From a virus (lineage: Duplodnaviria; Caudoviricetes): a stretch of 64,000 nucleotides of DNA. Made by a program: the position numbers and the translations under genes. Every line of letters starts with the position of its first letter. Within the stretch, counting starts at the first letter, position 1. This document shows positions 26,020-35,504 of the stretch, piece by piece. The stretch spans positions 192,001-256,000 of the IMG/VR virus record IMGVR_UViG_3300025715_000009; one strand, 5' to 3'. The notes beneath the pieces were generated by a model. The model saw only the letters and a list, made by a program, of their open reading frames with translations. It was not told where the DNA came from and searched no databases.

Positions 26020-26051
26020 AAAAAAAGACCTACTATTCAAAGTAGGTCTTT
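26020..26051 (-). terminator. Rho-independent terminator
   Basis: 11-bp stem aaagacctact/agtaggtcttt, 6-nt loop, T-run on the minus strand after 26071-26874. Confidence 0.85.
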
Positions 26052-26070
26052 AAAACTATAAATTTAATTT

Positions 26071-26874
26071 TTAAAATTGGAACGTCCAATTGAACTGAAC
26101 ATCAATTGAATCATTTTTTGTGATGCCATAAAATGTTCTATATGCCATCATTATACCTGTTCTCATTTTATTATCTATACTTCCACCATTTGTTACTTTA
26201 AGAGCAGCATCACAAAATAATCCTGCTTCAGAAATAACATATCCATCATATGGATAATTTGTTCCACCACCTGGTAATTTAACAGAAAAAGTTACTTTAT
26301 TAATTGTTCCTATACTTCCTTCTGATAAAGTAATATGGGATGTATTTGTTGCTCTTGTTCTGTCAATTGTTACAAACGGGAAAACATCTAAAACATTTTG
26401 CAAATTTGTAGCAGAAGTAGGAATTCCTGTTCTTGGATTTTGGTCAGCATCTAAACCACCAATCCCAAAACGCATTTTAGTTGGGAAAAATGGATAAAGG
26501 GGTGCTCCTAAGGTTGTGCTATCACCAACTAAATCACCATCTTCATAGGTTCTTAATTGAATAAGTCCTCTCATGGCATCAGAATAAACCCAAGGTGATG
26601 CAGTTTCTCTATCTCCAGAAGATGAACCATCAGTGTTATCCTTAAAATGTGGAATTTGATTATATGTTCCAAGATTGACATCAGTAAATACTTCACCATG
26701 ATTTCCCCATGTTGAGAATAATCTACCTGACATTAAATAAGTAAGAGCATGTCTAGCCCAATCTTGAATTTGATTGTGGTCAACATCATGTCTCAATATT
26801 TCTCCAGTTTTATAATCTGAAACTATTATTTCAAGAAAACCTTTTGGCATTTTAAATTGTTCTAAAAAATTCAT
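26071..26874 (-). CDS. Baseplate/tail-fibre attachment protein (tail-collar-fibre-like)
   Basis: G.LEI...HNQI, MRFGIGG, ISEAGLF, MAYRTF..ITK...V.FNWTFQF; follows the gp7-like gene. Confidence 0.65.
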   Translation of the reverse strand: MNFLEQFKMPKGFLEIIVSDYKTGEILRHDVDHNQIQDWARHALTYLMSGRLFSTWGNHGEVFTDVNLGTYNQIPHFKDNTDGSSSGDRETASPWVYSDAMRGLIQLRTYEDGDLVGDSTTLGAPLYPFFPTKMRFGIGGLDADQNPRTGIPTSATNLQNVLDVFPFVTIDRTRATNTSHITLSEGSIGTINKVTFSVKLPGGGTNYPYDGYVISEAGLFCDAALKVTNGGSIDNKMRTGIMMAYRTFYGITKNDSIDVQFNWTFQF

Positions 26875-26897
26875 TGTATTCTCCTTATATAATTACC

Positions 26898-29642
26898 TTA
26901 CGAAAAATTGATAGTAAATTCATATAAATTACTCCACTCTGTCCATTGATTATTTCCAACATAAGATTTTATTCTCCAATAATATTTACCATTTTCTAAT
27001 TCTACAGCAAATGAGTTATTAGTAACAAAACTATCATAAGACATATTAATGTAATAATTATTGACATCTTCTGCTGGAACATAAGAATAAAATTCATTCA
27101 AAGATTGAACAAAATAAACAGAATCTAATTCCTCAACCATGTTAATTAACTGATCTAATGTTCCTATATTTCCAAGAACATTATGCATATTATCATTCTC
27201 TTGCCATTGATTTAATGTAGATTGCCAACAATAAAATTTCTCCCTATCCAAAGTATACCAACAGTCCCCAATTTTTTGTTCAGATACCGGGAGGTTTTCA
27301 AATTTATCAATAACACTCCAAGAATCTGGTTGTGGTATTTCAACCCAATCTTGATTTATAGATTTATAAATATAAAACTTTTCTTCATCAACTACATAAT
27401 ATTCTGTCCCAAGAGGTTTATTAGTTGGTAAAGTAGAATAATCAAGATTATAGTATATGCCTTGTTTTATAGCCCAAACATAAGGTTTATTCTTCATAAT
27501 TTGAATTTTATATTGTTGTGAACCAGGGATATCTTGCCATTTTATGTTGAATTTTGCAGTTTTAAATAATCCCAATTCTCTATTTTCAGAAACGAATGCA
27601 GTTGTTTTATTTATAATTTCTCCATTATATGGAAATGGTAAAGCATTTATAGCAAATTGCCATCTATTTGACCACAAAGTCCATTGATAATCTAAAGTGT
27701 TTATTGGATTATCGCTTGGTAAATTAGGAAATGTAGCGTCATTTTTTACTTTAATTCTCCAATAATATCTATCATTTGAAAACAATTCAGATGATATATA
27801 ATTATTATTTGTCAAAGTATTATCATCTACCACTATAGTATTGAAATTTGAATCAGTAGATACTTGAAGCCAATATCCTTGATTTCCTTTTATATCTTCC
27901 CAAGAAAATGTTAAATGATTTGTAGAAATTGTTTGGCCACTATTTGGGACTGGATTAACAGGTGTTGCTGGATATGAACGATATGAATAATCATTCCACA
28001 ATATAATATCCCATCTTGATATAATTGAATTAAAACGATAATATCCAAGCAAATTATCATTTTCATCATATTTAACATAATAGATTGTGTCGTTAGGAAT
28101 ATTGCTTGGCAAGTCAGAATAATAATTTACTTGTGGTATAATATCATCATTTATATAATCTCTTATTTGCAAGGATAAAAAGTCAAAGGATATTTTTTTA
28201 TCTCCTTGATGTGTTATGTTTGAAATAAATTTAGGGTGTCCAGGTTGACGAATATATACACCATCGCGTTTTAATGTTGTTCCAATATTTTCATGACCGC
28301 CTAAATTCATATTATTAGAAACACTAAATGTCATCTTTTCACCGTTTTTATAAATTTCTAACACTTCATCACAAGGTTCATAATCATAATATATACCATC
28401 ATTATTAAATCCGTTAAACCCTAAATCTGCTGATGTTTTTCTGGTAAACGGCCATGGTTGTGGTGTTGGTCTTGGGTCTCCCAAATTTTGTATAACAGAG
28501 ATAAGCCAATCATCATTTGAATCAACAATAATATTTATATCTTCAATCCAAGGTTTAATATTAACATTAATCCAAGTAAATAGATATGTTGGTGATAAGA
28601 ATTTGACATATTTTCTTATTGTCTCATTATCACTTGCTGTAAGATTTAATTTATCAAAAAATGGATTAAGTTCATATTCTATTAAATTGGTTTTAAAATA
28701 TTTCCATGGATTAGAATGCCAAGTTGGATTATCAAGTATATTATTATATGGTTCAAAACCTAACATATATTTTATACTATTGGTACAACCTTTTGATTCT
28801 AAACTTGTAAGTTCTAATGCCCAATCATTTATATTTTTAGTTTTTTCAAGATATTTTGCTGGTTTGTTATTAGAAATATCTAATGTTGGATTTTTTGTTG
28901 TGAGATAATATTCAACTTTATTTAATTCTACTCCAGGGAAACCTTCTGGATTTTTCACATCACGATTAAAAAAGAATTCTTTTAACGATATTTCAAAACC
29001 AAGAAATTTAAAAAAGAAAGAGAAAGAATAATTAGTTCCTTTTATTTTATAAATTTCTATTATATTTTTTAATAACTCACGAAACGAAACGTTTTTTAAA
29101 GTATAATCTTCTTTTTCATAACCAATATTCTGGCCTAAATAATCTAATAGTTGTTCAGGCACAGAATCAATATCATAAATATTTTTCATTTGTGATATTG
29201 ATAGTTCTATGTTATCTAACTTCCTTCCTATTGCCTCATATAAAAGTTTTAATTTTGGTTGTGATAAAATATAATCTCTATCATATTCTGGCAAGAAATT
29301 TAAAATATTATTTTCATAAAAATTTTCAGTAGTTCCAAATTTGTATAAATAAACTGTAAAATTTAATAATTCTTGTAGTGGTGTTCCTGAAGAAGATAAT
29401 TGATCATCAAAAGGTGGAAGAAATCCATATAACTCTCCTATTTGCTCGATTAATTCTGAATAATATACTTGTTGTAAATTAGTGGATGCAATTTCATCAT
29501 GGTTTTCTAACAAGAATAATGCTACGGCCTTAATATTATCTATATCAACATTAAACTCTTCTAATAATTTATGCATTATTGGGTGATCATATAAGAGATG
29601 ATAGATTTTTATTTGTGTATCATAATAAGTTCTTAACGCCAT
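26898..29642 (-). CDS. Baseplate wedge protein (P2 gpI / T4 gp7-like) with Fn3-like C-terminal domains
   Basis: YDIDSVPEQLLDYLGQNIGY...RELLKNIIEIYKIKGT; YYWRIK Fn3-like repeats. Confidence 0.8.
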   Translation of the reverse strand: MALRTYYDTQIKIYHLLYDHPIMHKLLEEFNVDIDNIKAVALFLLENHDEIASTNLQQVYYSELIEQIGELYGFLPPFDDQLSSSGTPLQELLNFTVYLYKFGTTENFYENNILNFLPEYDRDYILSQPKLKLLYEAIGRKLDNIELSISQMKNIYDIDSVPEQLLDYLGQNIGYEKEDYTLKNVSFRELLKNIIEIYKIKGTNYSFSFFFKFLGFEISLKEFFFNRDVKNPEGFPGVELNKVEYYLTTKNPTLDISNNKPAKYLEKTKNINDWALELTSLESKGCTNSIKYMLGFEPYNNILDNPTWHSNPWKYFKTNLIEYELNPFFDKLNLTASDNETIRKYVKFLSPTYLFTWINVNIKPWIEDINIIVDSNDDWLISVIQNLGDPRPTPQPWPFTRKTSADLGFNGFNNDGIYYDYEPCDEVLEIYKNGEKMTFSVSNNMNLGGHENIGTTLKRDGVYIRQPGHPKFISNITHQGDKKISFDFLSLQIRDYINDDIIPQVNYYSDLPSNIPNDTIYYVKYDENDNLLGYYRFNSIISRWDIILWNDYSYRSYPATPVNPVPNSGQTISTNHLTFSWEDIKGNQGYWLQVSTDSNFNTIVVDDNTLTNNNYISSELFSNDRYYWRIKVKNDATFPNLPSDNPINTLDYQWTLWSNRWQFAINALPFPYNGEIINKTTAFVSENRELGLFKTAKFNIKWQDIPGSQQYKIQIMKNKPYVWAIKQGIYYNLDYSTLPTNKPLGTEYYVVDEEKFYIYKSINQDWVEIPQPDSWSVIDKFENLPVSEQKIGDCWYTLDREKFYCWQSTLNQWQENDNMHNVLGNIGTLDQLINMVEELDSVYFVQSLNEFYSYVPAEDVNNYYINMSYDSFVTNNSFAVELENGKYYWRIKSYVGNNQWTEWSNLYEFTINFS

Positions 29643-30685
29643 TGTACTATTTTCCTTAATATATTATTAATATCGAAAAACTCATCAAAAACTATAATAT
29701 TCTTTCCATTATTTATACATTCTAAAATTTTATATTCAAAATTATCATCCCAGTAGTATCTTGAATGTGGTTCAAGATATATATCATATTCTGGTAAATA
29801 AAAGTCTGGAAAATAATATTTTTGTTTTTTATTTTTATCAAAATATTTTATCCCACTAATTCCCTTATGTGCAATCCATTTTATATTATTTTCGGTTAAA
29901 AATTTTGCCACAAGTAATTCAAAACTTCCTTGTATTAATTGACCATTATATTCAATCCACTTGCATCTATTGTTAATTTTTAATTGAGCCTCTGCAGTTT
30001 GCATATAATTTTCAACTCCGTATTTTTTTAAACAAGTTTGTTTTTGTTTTTCTATATTAGTATAATTTTCATTACCATATCTTTCAAGTTTTGTTTGTTT
30101 TTGTTTTTCTATATTAGTATAATTTTCATTACCATATCTTTCAAGTTTTGTTTGCCTTCTTTTATCAAGAACAAATTTCAACTGCCCTGGGTTTTCAACG
30201 CCATACTTTTTTTTAAATCCATTGTGTCTTAAATCTTTCCATGTTTTATTATATTTAATTTTAAGTGTTTTTTCTTTTTTTTCATGTATTAACATATTTT
30301 CTGTTTTAGATTTATTTAATTTAGATTTAGATATTTTTTCTTTAATACTTCTTCTTTGAGAATTAAATTCGACACCATATTTTTTCAAATTATTTTCTTT
30401 CATTTTGTTTATTCTAACAAAAGAATTTTCTTTTTGTTCTAATGATAATGAACATTTTTTGCAAAGGTTTTTATTTTTTTTAACTCTATAGTTTGCTATA
30501 TGAATTGTTTCTTGATAAGAGCACTTATCACACTTATATTCTATTAAATCTCTTTTATTACATATTATTTTTTTATTTATTATAAAAGTAAAATACTTTT
30601 TATTATTGTAGATTGTTTCTTTCCATTCTATAAAATTTTCTAAAAACAAATATTCTTTTTCAATTTTTATTATTCTTATATTCAT
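29633..30685 (-). CDS. Putative free-standing homing endonuclease (Zn finger, KYGVEN repeats, PD-(D/E)XK/TnsA-N-like domain)
   Basis: CDKC...CKKC; KKYGVEN/ERYGNEN repeats; GSFELLVAKFL...YFPDFYLPEYDIYLE. Confidence 0.7.
   Translation of the reverse strand: MNIRIIKIEKEYLFLENFIEWKETIYNNKKYFTFIINKKIICNKRDLIEYKCDKCSYQETIHIANYRVKKNKNLCKKCSLSLEQKENSFVRINKMKENNLKKYGVEFNSQRRSIKEKISKSKLNKSKTENMLIHEKKEKTLKIKYNKTWKDLRHNGFKKKYGVENPGQLKFVLDKRRQTKLERYGNENYTNIEKQKQTKLERYGNENYTNIEKQKQTCLKKYGVENYMQTAEAQLKINNRCKWIEYNGQLIQGSFELLVAKFLTENNIKWIAHKGISGIKYFDKNKKQKYYFPDFYLPEYDIYLEPHSRYYWDDNFEYKILECINNGKNIIVFDEFFDINNILRKIVQWR
30036..30154. repeat. Perfect 57-bp tandem duplication (about 2.1 copies) within the endonuclease gene
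   Basis: Identical units start at 30036 and 30093; encode QTKLERYGNENYTNIEKQK twice. Confidence 0.9.
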
Positions 30686-30689
30686 ACTA

Positions 30690-30696
30690 TTATCTT
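30690..30696 (-). promoter_or_regulatory. AAGATAA putative promoter, 4 nt before ATG
   Basis: CAAGATAA-tagt-ATG with no SD. Confidence 0.55.
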
Positions 30697-30721
30697 GTTA
30701 AATATAGAATAATAATGAAAT

Positions 30722-32998
30722 TTAAGCGTAATTACTATCCTTGTATTTAAAAACTAAACCATGAATTTTATTTTCAATCATTGCTTCACCATCATATTCA
30801 TCATTTGATACAACATAAATTCTATTATATTTTGCGGGCATTTGCTGTTCTTCTAATTTAGAATAATTGATAGCGCCTAAATTTGATAATTGTTGTTGTG
30901 TTATTTGGTCTAAAACATATCTTTTATAAAGATGATAATTTGTTCCTAAATAATCTAATTGGAAAAATCTTACACCATCAAAATTCATTATATCACTAAT
31001 AATATCTGGAACAAGAATAGGCTTATCATATGTCATTTTATCAAGACTATATTTATTTCTAATATAATTTTCCAAATTCTCTACAACATGTGTTCTCATA
31101 TTTTTATAACAATGAACCGTTCCTGCTATGTCGAATGGTAAAAATTCACTATCTTTTATATGATTATCAACACAAATCATTTTTTTATTTTTTACTATCT
31201 CTAATAAATTATATTCTTCTGATGTTGTATTATCAGCATCATAATTATCAGCATAATATATTATAACTTTTTGATTAGTAGATATAGTGCCAGACGTTAA
31301 TCTTGTGATATTACCAGTTTGCCAATCAACTGAATAATCTTTGTCTTGTGTATATAACACATCCATTTTATTATTATAAATTTTAATGGTATAAGCAGGA
31401 TATAATATATTATTTCCTAATCCTAAATATATTTTGTCTGCTAAGTCAAATGTTTTCACTGTTTTTGTATAAAAGTCAGCAACATTTGATTTAATATATC
31501 TTACTCTTAATGTTCTGTCTCCAGATGGTATAGAACCGCCACTAACAGTTGATATACGTGTTATTTCTCCAGTTGTGCGGTTTAATGTATAATCTACTCC
31601 TTCTATATATGATTGCACGGTTAGCCAATTAGAACCTTCAGCACTATTTTCATATAAAGTAATATATAAATTATGACTATAATATTTTTTTATCTTACCT
31701 AATAAAGTTGTTTGATTGGTTGCACTAAAAATAATATCTTCATATCCATCTTCTTGCCATATATCATAAGGACGAGTTATATTAAATAAATTATTATATT
31801 CATATGGTGAATAACTTGACCATTCGTCTCTTGTTGGTGTTATATACAACCAGGTATCTAATGGTGGAAGAGAGTATCCATAATCTTGTTTTAATTCTTC
31901 TGGTTCATTCTCTGCACCTATTGCTTTAACATGCATAATTCTTGAATCATCTTCAAGATGTGTGATATAATCTTCTTCTGTAACTGTTTTATTGGCCGTT
32001 CTAAGTGATATTGGTGCAATTAATTTCTCTTCTTCAATATCATCACCATCCGCTCCTCCAACTGCTGCTTTTGGATTAGATAATATAGCAGTAACTCTTT
32101 TGCCGCCTGAAGAATAAGTTTTTGTAGTCGATATTCCCTTGGCAACAATATTTGTGTTATTGCCTCCACCAACACGATAATAAACTTTTATCTTTTCACC
32201 TTTTTCTGGTGTTTTAACAATTTGTGATGAACCCCACTTTATTGTCATTCTATTTTGAGCATCTATTTCAATCATATAGGGTGGAATTTTATCTGCCATT
32301 GATATAAGTTCTGGTTGTTGTGCTTCTGGTGAAACAAATGATTGAACTTCTATATGTTCTTTACCAGTTGTTTCTGAATATACTCGAATAGATTTTTCTA
32401 TTACAGGATAATTTATAAGCACGACCTGTTCATTGTCTACACCATCTAAAAAAATATCTGAATCTATAAATGTTCTGCCTTGATAATATGGTATATTACT
32501 TATTTCTTTTATTTTATTGTCTTCTGTTCCAGTGTTTATTAAATGTTCATAATCATAATTTGGTTTACCATCTGATGCTATTTCTAAACACTCAAATGTT
32601 ATTGCATCCCCATTTTTATCCGTTGCTTGTATAGCATCTCTCTTAGGAAGGACAAAAGATGGAACCCATTGGGTTAATTTCATTGTAACATTTGCTTTAG
32701 ATGCTTTAGGTAATGATGGTCTGTGGTTAATTAATTTTAATAGATTAATTACAGATTGTCTTTGTGTAGCAGTTGAAATAAATAATTCACGAGCAATCCA
32801 ATCTGCTCTCTCTGCAAATTTTTGTATAATAAATGATACAAGTTCAACTGTCATTCTACCAGCATTACTTTCAAGAAAGTCGTCCCACTCTTGATTATAT
32901 TCTGGATGTTCTTGTATAAGTTCTTTTATATCTTCTATTATTGTATCAAAGTCAAGCGAAGTATATGAAAATTTTGGTAATTGTATTAATTTATCCAT
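30722..32998 (-). CDS. Baseplate wedge protein (baseplate J / T4 gp6-like)
   Basis: YTSLDFDTI...WDDFLESNAG...ELFISTATQRQSV; YRVGGG...N; AVGGADG...VTEEDY. Confidence 0.9.
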   Translation of the reverse strand: MDKLIQLPKFSYTSLDFDTIIEDIKELIQEHPEYNQEWDDFLESNAGRMTVELVSFIIQKFAERADWIARELFISTATQRQSVINLLKLINHRPSLPKASKANVTMKLTQWVPSFVLPKRDAIQATDKNGDAITFECLEIASDGKPNYDYEHLINTGTEDNKIKEISNIPYYQGRTFIDSDIFLDGVDNEQVVLINYPVIEKSIRVYSETTGKEHIEVQSFVSPEAQQPELISMADKIPPYMIEIDAQNRMTIKWGSSQIVKTPEKGEKIKVYYRVGGGNNTNIVAKGISTTKTYSSGGKRVTAILSNPKAAVGGADGDDIEEEKLIAPISLRTANKTVTEEDYITHLEDDSRIMHVKAIGAENEPEELKQDYGYSLPPLDTWLYITPTRDEWSSYSPYEYNNLFNITRPYDIWQEDGYEDIIFSATNQTTLLGKIKKYYSHNLYITLYENSAEGSNWLTVQSYIEGVDYTLNRTTGEITRISTVSGGSIPSGDRTLRVRYIKSNVADFYTKTVKTFDLADKIYLGLGNNILYPAYTIKIYNNKMDVLYTQDKDYSVDWQTGNITRLTSGTISTNQKVIIYYADNYDADNTTSEEYNLLEIVKNKKMICVDNHIKDSEFLPFDIAGTVHCYKNMRTHVVENLENYIRNKYSLDKMTYDKPILVPDIISDIMNFDGVRFFQLDYLGTNYHLYKRYVLDQITQQQLSNLGAINYSKLEEQQMPAKYNRIYVVSNDEYDGEAMIENKIHGLVFKYKDSNYA

Positions 32999-33002
32999 TT
33001 AT

Positions 33003-33365
33003 TTACTCCAAATCAAAATTATAAGTCAAAATATTGGCACTTTCAGGTGGCTCGCTTTTTAAAACAAAAGATAGTTTTACTTGAATAAGATTTTCATCCT
33101 CTAATGAAATGATATCTAAACCTAAAATATTTACTCGTGGTTCATATTGAGAAATTTGGTCAGTTATGAGATTTTCAAGATAGGCCGTGGTTTCATCATC
33201 TATTTGATTAAATAAAATATTTCTTAAACCAACACCAAAATATGGTTGCCCTACTCTTTCACCTGGATTAGTCATGAGGATACGTGTTATTGATTCTGCA
33301 ATCAATTCTTTGTTTTGTTTTATGACAAAAAAATCCTTGTCATAAAAAGCGAGTCCGTTTGCCAT
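33003..33365 (-). CDS. Baseplate wedge/sheath initiator (gp25/GPW family)
   Basis: ILMTNPGERVGQPYFGVGL..LF...YEPRV. Confidence 0.92.
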   Translation of the reverse strand: MANGLAFYDKDFFVIKQNKELIAESITRILMTNPGERVGQPYFGVGLRNILFNQIDDETTAYLENLITDQISQYEPRVNILGLDIISLEDENLIQVKLSFVLKSEPPESANILTYNFDLE

Positions 33366-33370
33366 ATACT

Positions 33371-33377
33371 TTATCTT
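33371..33377 (-). promoter_or_regulatory. AAGATAA putative promoter, 5 nt before ATG
   Basis: AAAGATAA-agtat-ATG with no SD. Confidence 0.55.
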
Positions 33378-33386
33378 TATGTAAAA

Positions 33387-33980
33387 TTAGATTTGTGCGT
33401 ATAATTTATTAAATTCATCTTCTAATTGAGCATTGTTAAACACTTCATTTAATGCTTGTGGACTAACTGTAGCATAATCCATACCAGAGAGTATGGCATC
33501 AATTACTTCATGTTTTCCTCTAAATGAAGCACCTACTAATTTTATATTTGATTTGCTTATTTGTTTTAATTTATATGCTTGTTTAAACAAATCAGGGTTC
33601 TCATTTTTATGTTTATAAACCATGGTGTAGTCAACACCAAATTCTATTGCTTGATTTATTTGAACAATGTCATATATTGTAGTTGTTGCTACTTGATAAT
33701 TTTTAGATTTTAATTCTTTAATAAAATTATAATGTTTTGGATGAAGCATCACTTTAAAAATTATATTTTTATTTTTAAATTTTTCAACTTCATGCATATT
33801 AGACACTTGAATAAAAATTTTTTTATTTAATCTATTTGGTATAGAAGCAACCATATCTAAAAATTGTTCAGTTGTTATTCCTTCTTTTTCTAATAGATAA
33901 GGATTAGATGTTACACCTTCTATAACTGGAAGCCATTCAAGAATATCTTCTTTTTTAACACTGTCTAAAAAATATGTCAT
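33387..33980 (-). CDS. Transaldolase/fructose-6-phosphate aldolase family protein (FSA-like residues)
   Basis: YFLDS, GVTSNP, IFIQV, Schiff-base Lys in IFKV, GASFR, ATVSP. Confidence 0.85.
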   Translation of the reverse strand: MTYFLDSVKKEDILEWLPVIEGVTSNPYLLEKEGITTEQFLDMVASIPNRLNKKIFIQVSNMHEVEKFKNKNIIFKVMLHPKHYNFIKELKSKNYQVATTTIYDIVQINQAIEFGVDYTMVYKHKNENPDLFKQAYKLKQISKSNIKLVGASFRGKHEVIDAILSGMDYATVSPQALNEVFNNAQLEDEFNKLYAQI

Positions 33981-34711
33981 AAATCCTCCAAGTCTTGTGG
34001 TATATCAACTCCATGGCTTTTATGAACCATTTCTATTAATTTAATAGACAATCCATGTTCTAAGAAGGATATTTGTTCAAGCCCTTCTTTTTTGGCCAAA
34101 TCACTAACAAAGTAATTAATATTATTAAAGTCCATTCTTTTAAATAAACATGGGTGGAAGATAAAAATTCCAATATGCTGCTTGTATTCTTCAATTGGCA
34201 ATAAACCATTCTTTGAGTATGGAATAGGAGAACGCGAAAAATATAAAACATTATCATCATGACTTACTATCTTACAACTTCTATTTAATTCTATTCTGTT
34301 TTTATCATAAAACTTAGTATAGCAAGTTGTAATAAAATCTTCAGGACCATATTGTTTTTCAAGGTGTTTAAACCACATTTTATTTATTTCTTGATGGTCT
34401 AACATTGGTTCATCTGATGGAAATGATACATACCAATCGTAGTTAGGATATTTTTTCCAAACATGATATGACCTTTCACTTCCACATCCTACTTGTTCCC
34501 ACATATAAAAATATTCTATATTTCTATTTTTACAATGTGTTGCTACCTCTTGACTATCTGTTGCAACAATTAAATGGTCGGCTATTTGTGCTGATAAAAC
34601 ATTATTAATTACTTTATCAATTATTTTTTCACCATCTATTTCAGCAAATAACTTGTTTGGAAAACGCTCGCTCTTTAATCTTGCAGGTATAATTGCTAGC
34701 ATGTTATTCAT
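33977..34711 (-). CDS. kdsB: CMP-Kdo synthetase-like cytidylyltransferase
   Basis: IIPARLKSERFPNK, VATDS, GSER, DEPML, LYFSRSPIPY, HIGIF, EGLEQ, GVDIPQDL. Confidence 0.9.
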   Translation of the reverse strand: MNNMLAIIPARLKSERFPNKLFAEIDGEKIIDKVINNVLSAQIADHLIVATDSQEVATHCKNRNIEYFYMWEQVGCGSERSYHVWKKYPNYDWYVSFPSDEPMLDHQEINKMWFKHLEKQYGPEDFITTCYTKFYDKNRIELNRSCKIVSHDDNVLYFSRSPIPYSKNGLLPIEEYKQHIGIFIFHPCLFKRMDFNNINYFVSDLAKKEGLEQISFLEHGLSIKLIEMVHKSHGVDIPQDLEDL

Positions 34712-35450
34712 ATATTTGTTGTATTACCTCTTTTAGTTGATTTGATGGTATCATAACTTGACCATCACATAAAGCATTTTCACAATCTGGATGTGTTTCT
34801 AAAAATATACCATCTGCTCCAGCAGCAATATATGCTCTACCTAATGTTATGGCATTATCTACTTTATCTCCAGGATAGTTTTTATTAGGGTGAGTAATAT
34901 CACATAAAACAGGAAAAGAACATCTTTTCATAATAGGGACATGACGTGGGTCCATGAATACTTGGTTATATCCTAACTGTGTTCCTCTATCTGTTATTAT
35001 AATTTTATCAGCACCATATTTCCAGGCATTATTGGCTATATTAATCATATCTTCAGGGCCTACAAATTGAGGTTTTTTAATATGCATGCCTAAATTATGT
35101 TTAGAGCAGAAAGCGGCGGCCTCTTTTAATAAAGAGTGTTGTTTGGCTAAATAGGCAGGAATTTGAATTAAATCAATTTGTGAAAAATCATATTTTATAA
35201 AGTCTTCTGGTGTATGAACATCAGTGCATATTTTTATTTTATATTCGTATTTTATATCTAATAGGAAATCAATTGCTTGTTGTGGGTTTATGCCAGAAAA
35301 TCCAGTAGTTGTTGTTCTATTATCCTTTCTCCAAGAAGACTTAAAATAAAAATCAACATTTAAATCAGAAATTGATTTGAGTAAATCATTTATTGTTTTT
35401 TGTAATATGTCTTTGCTCTCTATTACGCAAGGTCCTGCTATTAAAATCAT
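34704..35450 (-). CDS. kdsA: Kdo 8-phosphate synthase-like protein (divergent; metal-type Cys)
   Basis: IAGPCVIES, FKSS..KDNRT, TDVH, QIPAYL, KKPQF, DRG, DITH, FLETHPD...ALCDG. Confidence 0.9.
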   Translation of the reverse strand: MILIAGPCVIESKDILQKTINDLLKSISDLNVDFYFKSSWRKDNRTTTTGFSGINPQQAIDFLLDIKYEYKIKICTDVHTPEDFIKYDFSQIDLIQIPAYLAKQHSLLKEAAAFCSKHNLGMHIKKPQFVGPEDMINIANNAWKYGADKIIITDRGTQLGYNQVFMDPRHVPIMKRCSFPVLCDITHPNKNYPGDKVDNAITLGRAYIAAGADGIFLETHPDCENALCDGQVMIPSNQLKEVIQQIYE

Positions 35451-35459
35451 ATTATTTAT

Positions 35460-35487
35460 AAAAATGGTCAGACTTAGAGTCTGACCA
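35460..35487 (-). terminator. Rho-independent terminator closing the CXXX/radical SAM cluster
   Basis: 10-bp stem tggtcagact/agtctgacca followed by TTTTT on the minus strand. Confidence 0.75.
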
Positions 35488-35504
35488 AATATAATTTTTA
35501 ATAA

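Noticed and set aside
30036-30154. 57-bp direct repeat as CRISPR or attachment site
   Set aside because: Spacer-less, in-frame duplication of a protein repeat.
33387-33980. Cyanophage-type talC carbon-metabolism gene
   Set aside because: Catalytic-position residues look FSA-like, and the context is kdsA/kdsB rather than pentose-phosphate or photosynthesis genes.
35453-35460. T4 late promoter TATAAATA upstream of kdsA
   Set aside because: Single occurrence noticed in AT-rich DNA, only 2 nt from the ATG and overlapping the terminator tail; AAGATAA is the recurrent motif here.
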